A DNA stretch of 64,000 bases from a virus, in the IMG/VR virus record IMGVR_UViG_3300005731_000013, positions 103,977 to 167,976 of that record. One strand, 5' to 3'. The position numbers and the translations under genes were made by a program. Positions 21,708 to 31,857 of the stretch are shown piece by piece. Positions within the stretch are counted from its first letter, which is position 1. Every line of letters begins with the position of its first letter. The notes below the pieces were generated by a model. The model was not told where the DNA came from and ran no database searches. It saw only the letters and a list, made by a program, of their open reading frames with translations.

Positions 21708-23026
21708 ATAAATATTTTGAATATAAACAGAATGTAATAGATAATATAAGTGATAGTTTTTGTGCAGCAAAATGGTTCAATGCGACTATATGGTTAGGGC
21801 ATGGGCAGACTGTAAGTTGTCATCATCCCGTATCACATAATATAGATGTTGACGATATAAAAACAAACCCGTCTGCATTGCATAACACAACTAAAAAAAA
21901 AGCAATGCGCAAGGACATGTTGGAAGGCATTCGTCCAGCTGAATGTACATATTGTTGGGCTATTGAAGATCAAAATAATGATACATTATCTGACAGAGTG
22001 TATAAGACTATAATTTATGATAATAGTGACATTGAACATGCCACTTCAACTCCACCGTCATCAGACATGTATCTGCGTAATTTAGAAATATCATTTGGAA
22101 GAACATGTAATTTGGCATGTAGTTATTGCAATCCTGCCTATAGCACAACTTGGGCAAATGATATTAAACGCAATGGCCCATATCCAGAATTGCCGACTGA
22201 TGATTTCCATCAATATCAGACTGATGCTCCTTGGGCAGCTAGTCGTTATAGTGATGAAAATGATAATCCATATATTATTGCTTTTTGGAAATGGTGGGAG
22301 AATGAATTAAAAGATACATTGACTCAACTTAGAGTAACTGGTGGCGAACCTTTTCTTCAGCCCAGTAACTGGAAATTGATTGATGAGTTTATCAAACATG
22401 ACATCAAACATATTAAATTGGCGATTAATAGTAATTTGAGTTTCCCTAAAAAATCATTGATGGATAAAATTATAACAACGTCATTTGATGTCAATGACTT
22501 GGATATCTATACCAGCAATGAATCGACCAAACAGTTTGCAGAATATATTCGTCATGGCATTGATTACAAACAATGGTATAATAATTGTGCTCGTTTATTG
22601 AATGAATCGAATGTTAAGCAATTACATAATATGATGACAATTAATGCATTATGCTTGCATGACATTACATCATTCTTAGATGATATGATGAATCTTAGAA
22701 ATTCTGATAAAGGGCCAATATTAAGTGTTAATTTGGTTCATTCACCAAAATTTCAATCTGTAGATGTTTTGCCGCAGACTATTAGACAACAAAAATCACA
22801 AGAATTGCAAACTTGGGTTGATAACAATATAACAAAATTACATCAACATGAGATTGCTCAGTTAGAAAGACTGATTAAATATCTAAGTAAGCAACAGGTA
22901 TCTGAGGGCTATAGAGATGAGTTACTTCAAGATTTTAAATCATTCTATACAGCATTTGATCTGCGACGTGGAACGAACTTTAAAACAACATTTACAGAAT
23001 TTGCAGATTGGTATGATTTGATATGA
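21704..23026 (+). CDS. Radical SAM protein with N-terminal Cys-rich domain
   Basis: CNLACSYC, TGGEP; N-terminal CAAKW...SCHHP...CTYCW. Confidence 0.9.
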   Translation: MNKYFEYKQNVIDNISDSFCAAKWFNATIWLGHGQTVSCHHPVSHNIDVDDIKTNPSALHNTTKKKAMRKDMLEGIRPAECTYCWAIEDQNNDTLSDRVYKTIIYDNSDIEHATSTPPSSDMYLRNLEISFGRTCNLACSYCNPAYSTTWANDIKRNGPYPELPTDDFHQYQTDAPWAASRYSDENDNPYIIAFWKWWENELKDTLTQLRVTGGEPFLQPSNWKLIDEFIKHDIKHIKLAINSNLSFPKKSLMDKIITTSFDVNDLDIYTSNESTKQFAEYIRHGIDYKQWYNNCARLLNESNVKQLHNMMTINALCLHDITSFLDDMMNLRNSDKGPILSVNLVHSPKFQSVDVLPQTIRQQKSQELQTWVDNNITKLHQHEIAQLERLIKYLSKQQVSEGYRDELLQDFKSFYTAFDLRRGTNFKTTFTEFADWYDLI

Positions 23027-24381
23027 CAAAAAGAATAAAGCCTATCATTAATGATGATGGTAGCAATTCAAAAGATTCAAATAATTTGACATTCTGTATG
23101 GCTCCTTGGACACATACCTTTCTAAGTCCACAAGGTGAACGAAGGATGTGTTGTACAAGTCGTGAGCAATCACAATTCCAAAAACAATATATTGATTCAG
23201 GAACCTCTGCGCAATCATCTTCATTTAAACCAAAAACTTTGGAAGAACATTGGAATAGTGAATATATGTGTTCGATTCGAAAAAAACTGTTGGCTGGCGA
23301 GACACTTACTCAATGCGAAATATGCAATAGTGACAGGTTTAATGCAAATAATTATAGGAAATGGTTCAATCTATTATTTAAAGATAAAATTGATGATGTA
23401 TTTGCCAATACATCGTCTGATGGTAAGACAACTATGAATCCTGTGTCATTTGATTATCGAGTAAGCAATTTATGCAATTTTAAATGCAGAATGTGCGGCG
23501 AATTATTCAGTAGCAGTATTGAAGCAGAAAAGAAAAAGCATAATATGTGGTCAGCTGAAAATCAACCATTTATGGAACCATCAACAAAAAAAATGATGCA
23601 ACAATTTCAAACATCTGTAGCAGAGGTTGAATTCAAAGAGGCAATTAAATCTGGGACTGTCGAAGAAATTTATTGGGCTGGTGGCGAACCACTTATGTTT
23701 GACACACATTGGTGGGCAATGGAATATATGACATCTCATAATTTGGCGTCTGATTGCATTGTTAGATACAATACAAATTTGAGCAGGACTACATATAAAG
23801 GAATGAAATTATATGAATATCTGTCAGAATTCAAAGACTGGCAAATATGTGCGAGTATTGATGGCGTTGGGCAAACGGTCGAATTCATTCGAAAAGGCAT
23901 TGTGTGGGATAATTGGTTGGCTAATTTTAAAGATGGTTTAAAATTAGAAGGTGGGGAAGATAGAATGATTATTGATTTGACAGTCACTGGTCCTGGTATG
24001 TTTGATTTGAAGCATTTATTTGATCTTTCACAAGAATTAAATGTTAGAATAGAAACTAAAAACATGTTTGCCTTTGAACCAGATATTATATTTTCGCCAT
24101 TGGCATGGCCAAGAAAAATACTAAATAATCACATTGATGCACTATTGGATTATATGGAGCCATTAGCAACTCATAAACAATCATCATTGATAAGGTGTTT
24201 ACATAGTTTAAAAGAACAACCAAATTTTGAAGAACAATGGCCAACAGATGTAGATGATGCATTTAAACAAGGCAAGGCTCATCAAGATAGATTGGATTCT
24301 ATTAGAAATGAACAGTATACCATAAAGGACATTTATGCACAAAATGATGAATTATCTCGATGGTGGAATAGATATGACTAA
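23023..24381 (+). CDS. Radical SAM protein with N-terminal SPASM/twitch-like domain
   Basis: CMAPW...RMCC...CEIC; CNFKCRMC; AGGEP. Confidence 0.9.
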   Translation: MTKRIKPIINDDGSNSKDSNNLTFCMAPWTHTFLSPQGERRMCCTSREQSQFQKQYIDSGTSAQSSSFKPKTLEEHWNSEYMCSIRKKLLAGETLTQCEICNSDRFNANNYRKWFNLLFKDKIDDVFANTSSDGKTTMNPVSFDYRVSNLCNFKCRMCGELFSSSIEAEKKKHNMWSAENQPFMEPSTKKMMQQFQTSVAEVEFKEAIKSGTVEEIYWAGGEPLMFDTHWWAMEYMTSHNLASDCIVRYNTNLSRTTYKGMKLYEYLSEFKDWQICASIDGVGQTVEFIRKGIVWDNWLANFKDGLKLEGGEDRMIIDLTVTGPGMFDLKHLFDLSQELNVRIETKNMFAFEPDIIFSPLAWPRKILNNHIDALLDYMEPLATHKQSSLIRCLHSLKEQPNFEEQWPTDVDDAFKQGKAHQDRLDSIRNEQYTIKDIYAQNDELSRWWNRYD

Positions 24382-25597
24382 CAAACATTTTTGTATATTG
24401 CCTTGGATTCACATGCATATCTGGCCTAATGGGTCAACTTATCCATGCTGTTTGGCAAAGACTGATTATGTAGTAGGAAACACAAATAATAATAGCATTT
24501 CAGAATTATTCAATTCTGAAAAAATGAAAACCCTACGTGCAAATATGCTAGCAGATAAACCAACCTCGGCATGTGCCAAATGCTATGAGCATGAACAATT
24601 GGGTATAGAAAGTCATAGGCTATGTATGAACAGAGATTTCGCCCATCTTGAGCATGTTACTGCCCAAACCCATCTAGATGGCCAAATTGACAATATTCAA
24701 ATGGCCTATATGGATATCAGGTTTTCAAATATATGTAATTTCAAATGTCGAACTTGCTGCCCTGAATTGAGTTCTGCTTGGGTTGATGATGCAATCACGT
24801 TAGGTCAATATAATAAAAATCAACCCAAATACATCAAATTTAAACCGACAATTGATACAGTATGGGATGACATCAGTGAATGGATCGACACAGTGGAATA
24901 TATATATTTTGCTGGAGGCGAACCACTGATAATGGATGAACATTATCAAATTTTACAATATCTGATAGATAATAATAAAACACATATCCGTATCGCATAT
25001 AATACAAATTTTAGCAAATTGAATTTTAAAGGTACTAATGTTTTAGAAATGTGGCAGAAATTTGATAATGTTCATTTAGGTGCCTCATTAGATGCAATGG
25101 GCCCCCGCGCCGAATTAATGCGCAAAGGCACAAAATGGAATATTATCGAACAGAATAGAATAGCGTTGATGGATCAAGCACCACATGTTAATTTTCAAAT
25201 TAGTTGTACCGTAAGTGCGTTTAATGCTATTCACATGTTTGATTTCTTTGATGATTGGTTAAACAAGCAATGGGTTACTCCTGACAGAATTGATTTGAAT
25301 TTATTGCTCGATCCATCACACATGCGGGCATCAATTTTACCAAGACAGGATAAAAACAATATAATAACAAAAATTGATAAGTATGTTAACATGTATGATT
25401 TGCAGAATATTGACCACCATGGACGAGCGTATGCCAGCATGTCTGCCTTAAAAAATATGATGCTTGATACATCGACTGATAATACTAATGCAACACAGTT
25501 TTTTAAATACAATAATTTGTTAAATAATATACGTAATGAAGACTTATTGTCTATTTTTCCAGAATTGAGATACGCTTATGAAAATACAAATAGTTAG
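24374..25597 (+). CDS. Radical SAM protein with N-terminal SPASM/twitch-like domain
   Basis: CILPW...YPCC...CAKC; CNFKCRTC; AGGEP. Start placed at ATG 24374, overlapping the upstream gene end. Confidence 0.9.
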   Translation: MTNKHFCILPWIHMHIWPNGSTYPCCLAKTDYVVGNTNNNSISELFNSEKMKTLRANMLADKPTSACAKCYEHEQLGIESHRLCMNRDFAHLEHVTAQTHLDGQIDNIQMAYMDIRFSNICNFKCRTCCPELSSAWVDDAITLGQYNKNQPKYIKFKPTIDTVWDDISEWIDTVEYIYFAGGEPLIMDEHYQILQYLIDNNKTHIRIAYNTNFSKLNFKGTNVLEMWQKFDNVHLGASLDAMGPRAELMRKGTKWNIIEQNRIALMDQAPHVNFQISCTVSAFNAIHMFDFFDDWLNKQWVTPDRIDLNLLLDPSHMRASILPRQDKNNIITKIDKYVNMYDLQNIDHHGRAYASMSALKNMMLDTSTDNTNATQFFKYNNLLNNIRNEDLLSIFPELRYAYENTNS

Positions 25598-27533
25598 TCA
25601 AGTTAGAAGCGGCAGCACCTATCTATGTAAATTATTTGGGTTATATACAGCTAACACTTATAATGAGCCATTTTTAGACTATAACAAATTAGAACAATCA
25701 TCTATTAAATCAATTTGGCAGCGGAGATTTGATGCTTTAAATATTGATTCGTCGTTCGTCATCAAATCACATTATTTTCAACTAGAACAAATGGAACAAC
25801 AATTATTAAATCAGATTCAAGAAATTGATTTTGATATGACTATTTGTTTACTCCGAAAAGATATGTTTGAGCAAACATTAAGTCATACCATTGCCCAACA
25901 ATCAAATGTATGGTCTAAACCATCAGATGGACTTGATAAATTAACTATAGATGAAACAAGTTTTAAACACAATATTGATTTTAGATTTGCAGATGTATCT
26001 AATTGTATCGAAAATAAATTAGGAATAAAATATGATCACGTAATATTTTATGAAGATTTGACGTTCGATCCTGCTAAAGATAGATTGTTGTTTTCATTGC
26101 CATCTAAAGAGAAATATGAGCTGCCTCAAACAAAATTTAAAGACAAACAAAAACAAGTAACCAACTATGATGCATTGAAAGACATTTACGAAACCCATAG
26201 TATGAAATATAACCTAGGTCAAATTGATGTTACCAATTTGATTGCGAATGACGGGTGTTATATTCCTAAAATCAAACAGCTTATTGCAAAGGGTGCATCA
26301 CCACAAGAAATGATCGACAATACCACTACATACTGTCCTCATTTGTGGTCACAATTACATGTGGATACTGGTGGTAATGTCAGACCATGTTGTGTGACAA
26401 ATCATAAATTCAAACCAATAGCACATATTGATGATAAACCAATATCTAAGATATGGAAAGATGATTTTGCACAACGACGAAAGACATTATTAAATGATCA
26501 GCCATTGGCTGAATGCAAATCATGTTATCGTGCTGAGCAAAAATATCATACCAGTAATCGTATTACCAGTATTGAAAATTATCATAACCATGTTGCACCA
26601 AAGATTTTAAATGATATTCAAACAGAAATAATCAATGTGGATATTCGGTTTTCAAATCTATGTAATATGCGTTGTCGTTCGTGTGGCTTTTTCGCCAGTA
26701 GTAAATGGTATGATGATGAAATTGCATTAAAACCAAACGCCCCGAAACCAGCAGCAAGAGTAATTAATGCATCACAATCCAATAGTGATATGATTGACCA
26801 ATTGACCCCTAACTTGACATCATTACAGGAAATATATTTTGCAGGTGGCGAACCATTAATAATGGATGAACATTATATATTATTAGATAGGCTACTGGAT
26901 TGTGGTAATACACAACTCAAATTAAGATATAATTCAAATGGCTCTAAATTGAAATTTAAACAATATGATGTAATTGATTATTGGAATAAATTTGATAAAG
27001 TGGTGTGTGCTTTAAGTGTAGATGCAATGGGGAAGGTCGGCGAACTGGTAAGAAAAGATACCAAATGGAATGAAATTGAAGCGAATGCTATCAGAATTAA
27101 GAACGATGCGCCACATGTATATTTAAAAATTTCTCCTACAATACAAATATATAACATGTTTGCATTTACAGAGTTACATCGCTCTTGGATTGAAAAAGAC
27201 ATAATCGGCCCTGGTCAATTATGGATGAATAATTTACAAACACCTGATATGTATAATATTGGAATATTACCTAAGGTATTTAAAGACAAAGTAGCAGCTA
27301 ATTTGAATCAACACATGGAATGGCTGACTACTGAATTTTGCGACGACGCAATAAAAGATAATTTGTTGATACAAGGAACAATTGATTTCATGTATGCACA
27401 ACAAACAAATCTTAAGTCACTCAGAAATATGTTCATTGCAACTGACGAATTGGATAAATTGCGCAATGAATCTACATATGATGTAATTCCTGAGTTGAAC
27501 GAACTAAAACAATGGTACATGGAAAACAAATGA
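25578..27533 (+). CDS. Sulfotransferase-radical SAM fusion protein
   Basis: N-terminal PAPS-binding-like QVRSGSTYL, IKSH, LLRKD..EQ..S, FYEDL; C-terminal CPHLW...RPCC...CKSC, CNMRCRSC, AGGEP. Confidence 0.85.
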   Translation: MKIQIVSQVRSGSTYLCKLFGLYTANTYNEPFLDYNKLEQSSIKSIWQRRFDALNIDSSFVIKSHYFQLEQMEQQLLNQIQEIDFDMTICLLRKDMFEQTLSHTIAQQSNVWSKPSDGLDKLTIDETSFKHNIDFRFADVSNCIENKLGIKYDHVIFYEDLTFDPAKDRLLFSLPSKEKYELPQTKFKDKQKQVTNYDALKDIYETHSMKYNLGQIDVTNLIANDGCYIPKIKQLIAKGASPQEMIDNTTTYCPHLWSQLHVDTGGNVRPCCVTNHKFKPIAHIDDKPISKIWKDDFAQRRKTLLNDQPLAECKSCYRAEQKYHTSNRITSIENYHNHVAPKILNDIQTEIINVDIRFSNLCNMRCRSCGFFASSKWYDDEIALKPNAPKPAARVINASQSNSDMIDQLTPNLTSLQEIYFAGGEPLIMDEHYILLDRLLDCGNTQLKLRYNSNGSKLKFKQYDVIDYWNKFDKVVCALSVDAMGKVGELVRKDTKWNEIEANAIRIKNDAPHVYLKISPTIQIYNMFAFTELHRSWIEKDIIGPGQLWMNNLQTPDMYNIGILPKVFKDKVAANLNQHMEWLTTEFCDDAIKDNLLIQGTIDFMYAQQTNLKSLRNMFIATDELDKLRNESTYDVIPELNELKQWYMENK

Positions 27534-28267
27534 CCCACATACATATTTTATCATCAGCAAGATCTGGAAGCACATACTTATATAACATGTTACGGATTAA
27601 AAATAATCCTGAGCAAGAGTGCTACGTGAAAGATGAGTTATCCTTCAATGACCCATTCAATATTTACGGGATGGTTGACAGCACAACATCAGAAGAATTG
27701 ATAGCATATAGATTAAATTATATTGAATCACATACCGAGCCATTGGTAATCAAAAATCATATCACTATGCTTGATTTTCTATCTTCTGAAGATTTGGATA
27801 GATTGCGGGCACTTGATTTAGATACAATTATATTATTGAGACAAGATTTATTTGCAACAGCATGTAGTCTTATTCTAGCAGAAACAACTGAAGAATGGAC
27901 ATTCTATGATAATCATAGTCGTCCAGTGCATTTAGATGAGACTACATTCATTTCAAAATTAAATGATGTCTTGACAGATTACAATAAATTACATACAAAT
28001 AAGTATAAATTTATTGATCCGACATATGTTTATTATGAAGATCTATCAGGGGATCCGAATTTAGATATTTTATTGTTTGATGAAAAATTTGATAAACAAA
28101 TTAGTGTAGATGACATTGTAACTCGTTCACCAAGTAAACAAGATAGAATCACTAACTATGCGCAATTGAAATCTATAAGTGACTCATATTATGATTCAGA
28201 ACATATAAAAAACACATTTCCTGAACTTTCTATAAAAGAATCAAAAATAATTACAAAAAAGGCTTGA
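27530..28267 (+). CDS. Sulfotransferase (Stf0-like P-loop fold)
   Basis: SARSGSTYL 5'-PSB-like loop, VIKNH, LLRQD..ATACS, YYEDL. ATGA overlap with the upstream gene. Confidence 0.75.
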   Translation: MTHIHILSSARSGSTYLYNMLRIKNNPEQECYVKDELSFNDPFNIYGMVDSTTSEELIAYRLNYIESHTEPLVIKNHITMLDFLSSEDLDRLRALDLDTIILLRQDLFATACSLILAETTEEWTFYDNHSRPVHLDETTFISKLNDVLTDYNKLHTNKYKFIDPTYVYYEDLSGDPNLDILLFDEKFDKQISVDDIVTRSPSKQDRITNYAQLKSISDSYYDSEHIKNTFPELSIKESKIITKKA

Positions 28268-28305
28268 CTTTTCAAATTTAACACATATATTGAATAATAT
28301 AAATA
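28264..28305 (+). promoter_or_regulatory. Tandem sigma70-like and late promoters
   Basis: TTGACT-N16-TATATT (28264-28291) and a perfect TATAAATA (28298-28305). Confidence 0.55.
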
Positions 28306-28335
28306 ACACAACCAATATATATAGAAAGAAAAGAA

Positions 28336-28566
28336 ATGAAAACTACTATGCTCACCCTCGCACTTGTAATGACTGCAGGAGTTGCAGTTGCTGATTCACA
28401 AAACCCGTTCGATGTATATCGTGCAGTTGTTGCAGAACAAGAAGTATCAGCAACAGAATCAAATAAAATGCTTGATTACTTGATGCGCTACCGCACTACA
28501 GTCACTGATCCTGAAGTTGTTGTAGAGCGTTTGAAGGGCTACTGCCCGTCAATTCCAACATCATAA
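28336..28566 (+). CDS. Small exported protein with signal peptide
   Basis: MKTTMLTLALVMTAGVAVA-D: basic N-terminus, hydrophobic core, AxA cleavage site. Confidence 0.75.
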   Translation: MKTTMLTLALVMTAGVAVADSQNPFDVYRAVVAEQEVSATESNKMLDYLMRYRTTVTDPEVVVERLKGYCPSIPTS

Positions 28567-28632
28567 TATGATGTCACAGTAAAAATGTCAAGCCTCTTTT
28601 TGATTTGTATATTATACAGAACGGACAATTAG

Positions 28633-29343
28633 ATGCTTGACATTTTTTTCTTGAGTTATAATGAGCCAGGTGCAGACGATAATTTTGAAATATTAAAATT
28701 ATTCGCATCAAATGCGAAACGTGTAAATGGCATAACTGGCATATTCAATGCACACTTAGAATGTGCAAGACAAAGTAACACATCACATTTTTATATAGTC
28801 GATGCTGACGCTGTCATTCAAGAAGATTTTGACTTTAAATTCACGCCTCGATATACAAATAAGGTATATGAAACAATACCTGAAACTGAATGTGTATTTG
28901 TATGGCAATCGCGAAATCCTATAAATGATTTGATTTATGGATATGGCGGCGTTAAATTATTTCCAAAACAAAAATTATTGTCAGCTAAGACTTGGTCAGT
29001 AGATATGGCAACCACAATTGGTGCACCATTTGTTTTGAAATCTGAAATTTCAAATATTACTGCATTTAATACTGATCCGTTCAATACTTGGAAATCAGCA
29101 TTCAGAGAATGTGTGAAACTATCAAGCGGCATTATCCCAAACAATGAATTGGATGAATCATCATATCGATTAAAATGTTGGTGTGAAAATGGCGCGGATA
29201 GACTTTATGGTAAATTTGCATTGATAGGAGCAAATCAAGGTAAAGATTTTGGCCTTAGATATGCAAACAAACCAAATATCTTAAATAAAATCAATGATTT
29301 TGAATGGCTTAAACAAATGTTTGACCAGCATGTGAATATTTAA
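28633..29343 (+). CDS. Glycosyltransferase-like protein (GT-A, DAD motif)
   Basis: DIFFLSYNEPGAD...FYIVDADAVI...LIYGYGGVKLF...TWKSAFRECVK; paralogue of 19171. Confidence 0.6.
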   Translation: MLDIFFLSYNEPGADDNFEILKLFASNAKRVNGITGIFNAHLECARQSNTSHFYIVDADAVIQEDFDFKFTPRYTNKVYETIPETECVFVWQSRNPINDLIYGYGGVKLFPKQKLLSAKTWSVDMATTIGAPFVLKSEISNITAFNTDPFNTWKSAFRECVKLSSGIIPNNELDESSYRLKCWCENGADRLYGKFALIGANQGKDFGLRYANKPNILNKINDFEWLKQMFDQHVNI

Positions 29344-29371
29344 TCAAACTGATATGACTGGGCATTATGCA

Positions 29372-29407
29372 TGAAAACGGCTTGGATGCATCTCCAAGCC
29401 GTTTTCA
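29372..29407. terminator. Bidirectional intrinsic terminator
   Basis: 15-bp perfect inverted repeat TGAAAACGGCTTGGA/TCCAAGCCGTTTTCA at the convergence of the + and - gene blocks. Confidence 0.85.
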
Positions 29408-29448
29408 GTGTCTCATAGCAATTTTAACCTATTGAAATATAAACTAAA

Positions 29449-30336
29449 TTATACTGCCATATCCATTTTGATATGTGGGTGATAATTATAATTTAATAAT
29501 TTATAGTCTTCTACAGATGTTGTCAATATATCATCCAATGTAGAAAACTCAGGCATTTCAAGGATTGGGCCTACATATGGTTCACGGGTCAATTGTTCTT
29601 CAATTGCAGCAACATGATTGGTATAGATATGTGCATCACCAATTGTATGAATAAATTCTCCGACTTCAAGTCCTGTCAATTGTGCTAACATGTGCGTCAA
29701 TAATGAATAACTGGCGATATTGAAAGGCACGCCTAAACCGAAATCTGCACTTCGCTGATATAATTGACAGTTCAATTCATTATTGTTGTTTACATAAAAT
29801 TGAGACATAACATGGCAAGGCGGCAACGCCATTTTATCAACTTGCCGCGCGTCCCAAGCAGACAATATGTGTCGCCTGCTATGCGGGTCGTCACGCAGTG
29901 TATTAATCAAAGTTTTAACTTGATCAACTCCATGACACGGGTTATGATTATGCTCGTCCCAGCTTTCTCCGCCGAAGTTTCTCCATTGATAACCATAAAT
30001 CGGACCTAATTGTTTGGACTCATCGTCATTGTGATATCCCAACGCCTTTCCTTGATTATCTGCATTTGCTGTCCAAATTGTCTGTTTTGAAATATCAGTT
30101 GTTCCAAATTGAATTTCAGCCAAACGTCGTTCGTCAGTGCTGCCTTCTAAAAACCATAATAGCTCAGCAACCACAGGGCGCCAAGCAAGCTTTTTCGTTG
30201 TTATTGCAGGAAAGCTTGATCTTAAATCATATCTAGATTGATAACCAAAAATTCCTATAGTATCGAAATTAGTTCTATTTTTTCTTAGTTCGCCATTCTC
30301 TAATATTGTTCTTAATGCAGTTAAGTATTCATTCAT
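29449..30336 (-). CDS. thyA: Thymidylate synthase
   Basis: ELLWFL, GPIYGYQWR, MALPPCH, YQRSADFGLGVPFN, GDAHIY, C-terminal MAV. Confidence 0.97.
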   Translation of the reverse strand: MNEYLTALRTILENGELRKNRTNFDTIGIFGYQSRYDLRSSFPAITTKKLAWRPVVAELLWFLEGSTDERRLAEIQFGTTDISKQTIWTANADNQGKALGYHNDDESKQLGPIYGYQWRNFGGESWDEHNHNPCHGVDQVKTLINTLRDDPHSRRHILSAWDARQVDKMALPPCHVMSQFYVNNNNELNCQLYQRSADFGLGVPFNIASYSLLTHMLAQLTGLEVGEFIHTIGDAHIYTNHVAAIEEQLTREPYVGPILEMPEFSTLDDILTTSVEDYKLLNYNYHPHIKMDMAV

Positions 30337-30355
30337 ATATTATTTTTCTTTGTTT

Positions 30356-30382
30356 AATGGATAGCAGATTCTGCTATCCATT
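30356..30382. other. 12-bp stem-loop in the thyA leader
   Basis: AATGGATAGCAG-ATT-CTGCTATCCATT. Confidence 0.7.
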
Positions 30383-30417
30383 GTATTTTATTACCACATC
30401 GAGGGTAAGTGTCTATA

Positions 30418-31074
30418 TTATGCAAGTCGTACAAATTTTCCGAAATTGCCGACGTCAGACAAACTATTGTTCAATAGCAGCCCTTCCCCATCAATATAGA
30501 TCAACGGTTGGTCCGTCTTTTCAGAACCACGGTAAAGCACCAATACGCAATCATCAGGCGCGTTCGGATGTTCAATGAATTCTACATCTTCATTGAAATA
30601 TGGTTCTTTGATAGTCATAGTTTTTTCAAGGTCATTAGGGTCACAATGCACTTCTTTTTCTTTTTGTGCGACCTTTGCTTCTTCAATTTGATCAGAGAAC
30701 ACAGGATTATAAATTACTGTATTTCCGAATCCATGTTTTGACATGGTGGAAATATTTGCCATGGCCCGTGAAATTTTTGCAGCATTCAAAGCTTCAGGTG
30801 CAATAAATCGCATTGGTGGAGAACTAACAAACCAAAATACTTCATCAGGGGTCAAAACAAATTGTTCTGCATCTGTCAATGTAGAATATGGTGTCAAATC
30901 ATCACGAGACAACACGCCATTTTTGTTTTTAATTCGTGCCTTACCTTTTACAAGATTGCGACCATTAGATGTATCTACACTAGATGTATCAATACTCTCT
31001 AGAACTTTTTCTTTTTTGATTAGAACTTCGACAGTGCCGTCATTATCGAATGTTTGAACGGGAATAAATGTCAT
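30418..31074 (-). CDS. Hypothetical protein between DHFR and thyA
   Basis: Start likely ATG 31074 (MTFIPVQ), preceded by AAGGA. Confidence 0.7.
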   Translation of the reverse strand: MTFIPVQTFDNDGTVEVLIKKEKVLESIDTSSVDTSNGRNLVKGKARIKNKNGVLSRDDLTPYSTLTDAEQFVLTPDEVFWFVSSPPMRFIAPEALNAAKISRAMANISTMSKHGFGNTVIYNPVFSDQIEEAKVAQKEKEVHCDPNDLEKTMTIKEPYFNEDVEFIEHPNAPDDCVLVLYRGSEKTDQPLIYIDGEGLLLNNSLSDVGNFGKFVRLA

Positions 31075-31558
31075 ATGCTTTCCTTGCAATATAAGTTTCA
31101 AAAACAGTAGAGCCATCAATTTGAATAGCATCAATCAATTCAAATTTCTGATTTATCAAATCTAATGGTAAAAATGTATCACAGTTATAATCACCCGAAA
31201 TCCGAGTAAGATGAAAAATACCAATTTGGTCAATTACATCTGTAAACAATTTTGCACCACCAATTACAAATACTTTATTAGTTTTTGCAAGGAATGTCAA
31301 GTTGTTTATCACATCGTGTGATATAATGTTAGCGCCTGATAGTTTTAAATTTGGATTGGATGTAACAACATAATTTTGTCTGTGTGGTAATGGCGTCGGC
31401 ATGTCAGGTGCTTCCCAAGTTCCTCTTCCCATTACCACACAAGCATGACTTGTCAATTTTTTAAAATGTTGTAGATCTTCTTTGTTGTGGGGCCAAGGCA
31501 TTACACCATTTCGGGCGATGCCGCCTTGGCTATCACAAGCTAGTATTGCGTGAATCAT
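31043..31558 (-). CDS. folA: Dihydrofolate reductase
   Basis: MPWP...DLQHFKKLT...VVMGRGTWE...PLPHRQN...FVIGGA...CDTFLP. Confidence 0.95.
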   Translation of the reverse strand: MIHAILACDSQGGIARNGVMPWPHNKEDLQHFKKLTSHACVVMGRGTWEAPDMPTPLPHRQNYVVTSNPNLKLSGANIISHDVINNLTFLAKTNKVFVIGGAKLFTDVIDQIGIFHLTRISGDYNCDTFLPLDLINQKFELIDAIQIDGSTVFETYIARKAYDIYSRSNIR

Positions 31559-31854
31559 ATTTTTTTATAACTCAAAATTTTATCAACTTCAGTATGCACA
31601 TCATCGGCAAGTTGGTCAAAATCTATTCGAATTTTCAAATCTGCAATAACTTCATAAAAATCCAATTCTTTAATTAACATTTCTATGTGTGTTTCATTCG
31701 ATGCATTTGAGTTAAAATCACTTTCATCTAATGTAACCTTTGTTCCATCTTGTAAGATACATATAATGTCCTTGATGAAACGAAGAGGGATAACGTCAAC
31801 ATCTAATTCAGTAAATAGTTTATGAAAATCCCTGTCTTTTTGGTATATTGCCAT
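31555..31854 (-). CDS. Hypothetical protein
   Basis: 99-aa ORF coupled to DHFR. Confidence 0.65.
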   Translation of the reverse strand: MAIYQKDRDFHKLFTELDVDVIPLRFIKDIICILQDGTKVTLDESDFNSNASNETHIEMLIKELDFYEVIADLKIRIDFDQLADDVHTEVDKILSYKKI

Positions 31855-31857
31855 TTT

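Noticed and set aside
20151-28566. Radical SAM block as a classical RiPP cluster
   Set aside because: No clear leader-core precursor, RRE/PqqD domain, peptidase or transporter. The GT and sulfotransferase context favours glycan chemistry, though a RiPP is not fully excluded.
29449-30336. thyA as a dCMP/dUMP hydroxymethylase providing the glycosylation handle
   Set aside because: It has canonical TS motifs, including the dUMP-specifying Asn in GVPFN, and is paired with DHFR. It looks like an ordinary dTMP synthase.
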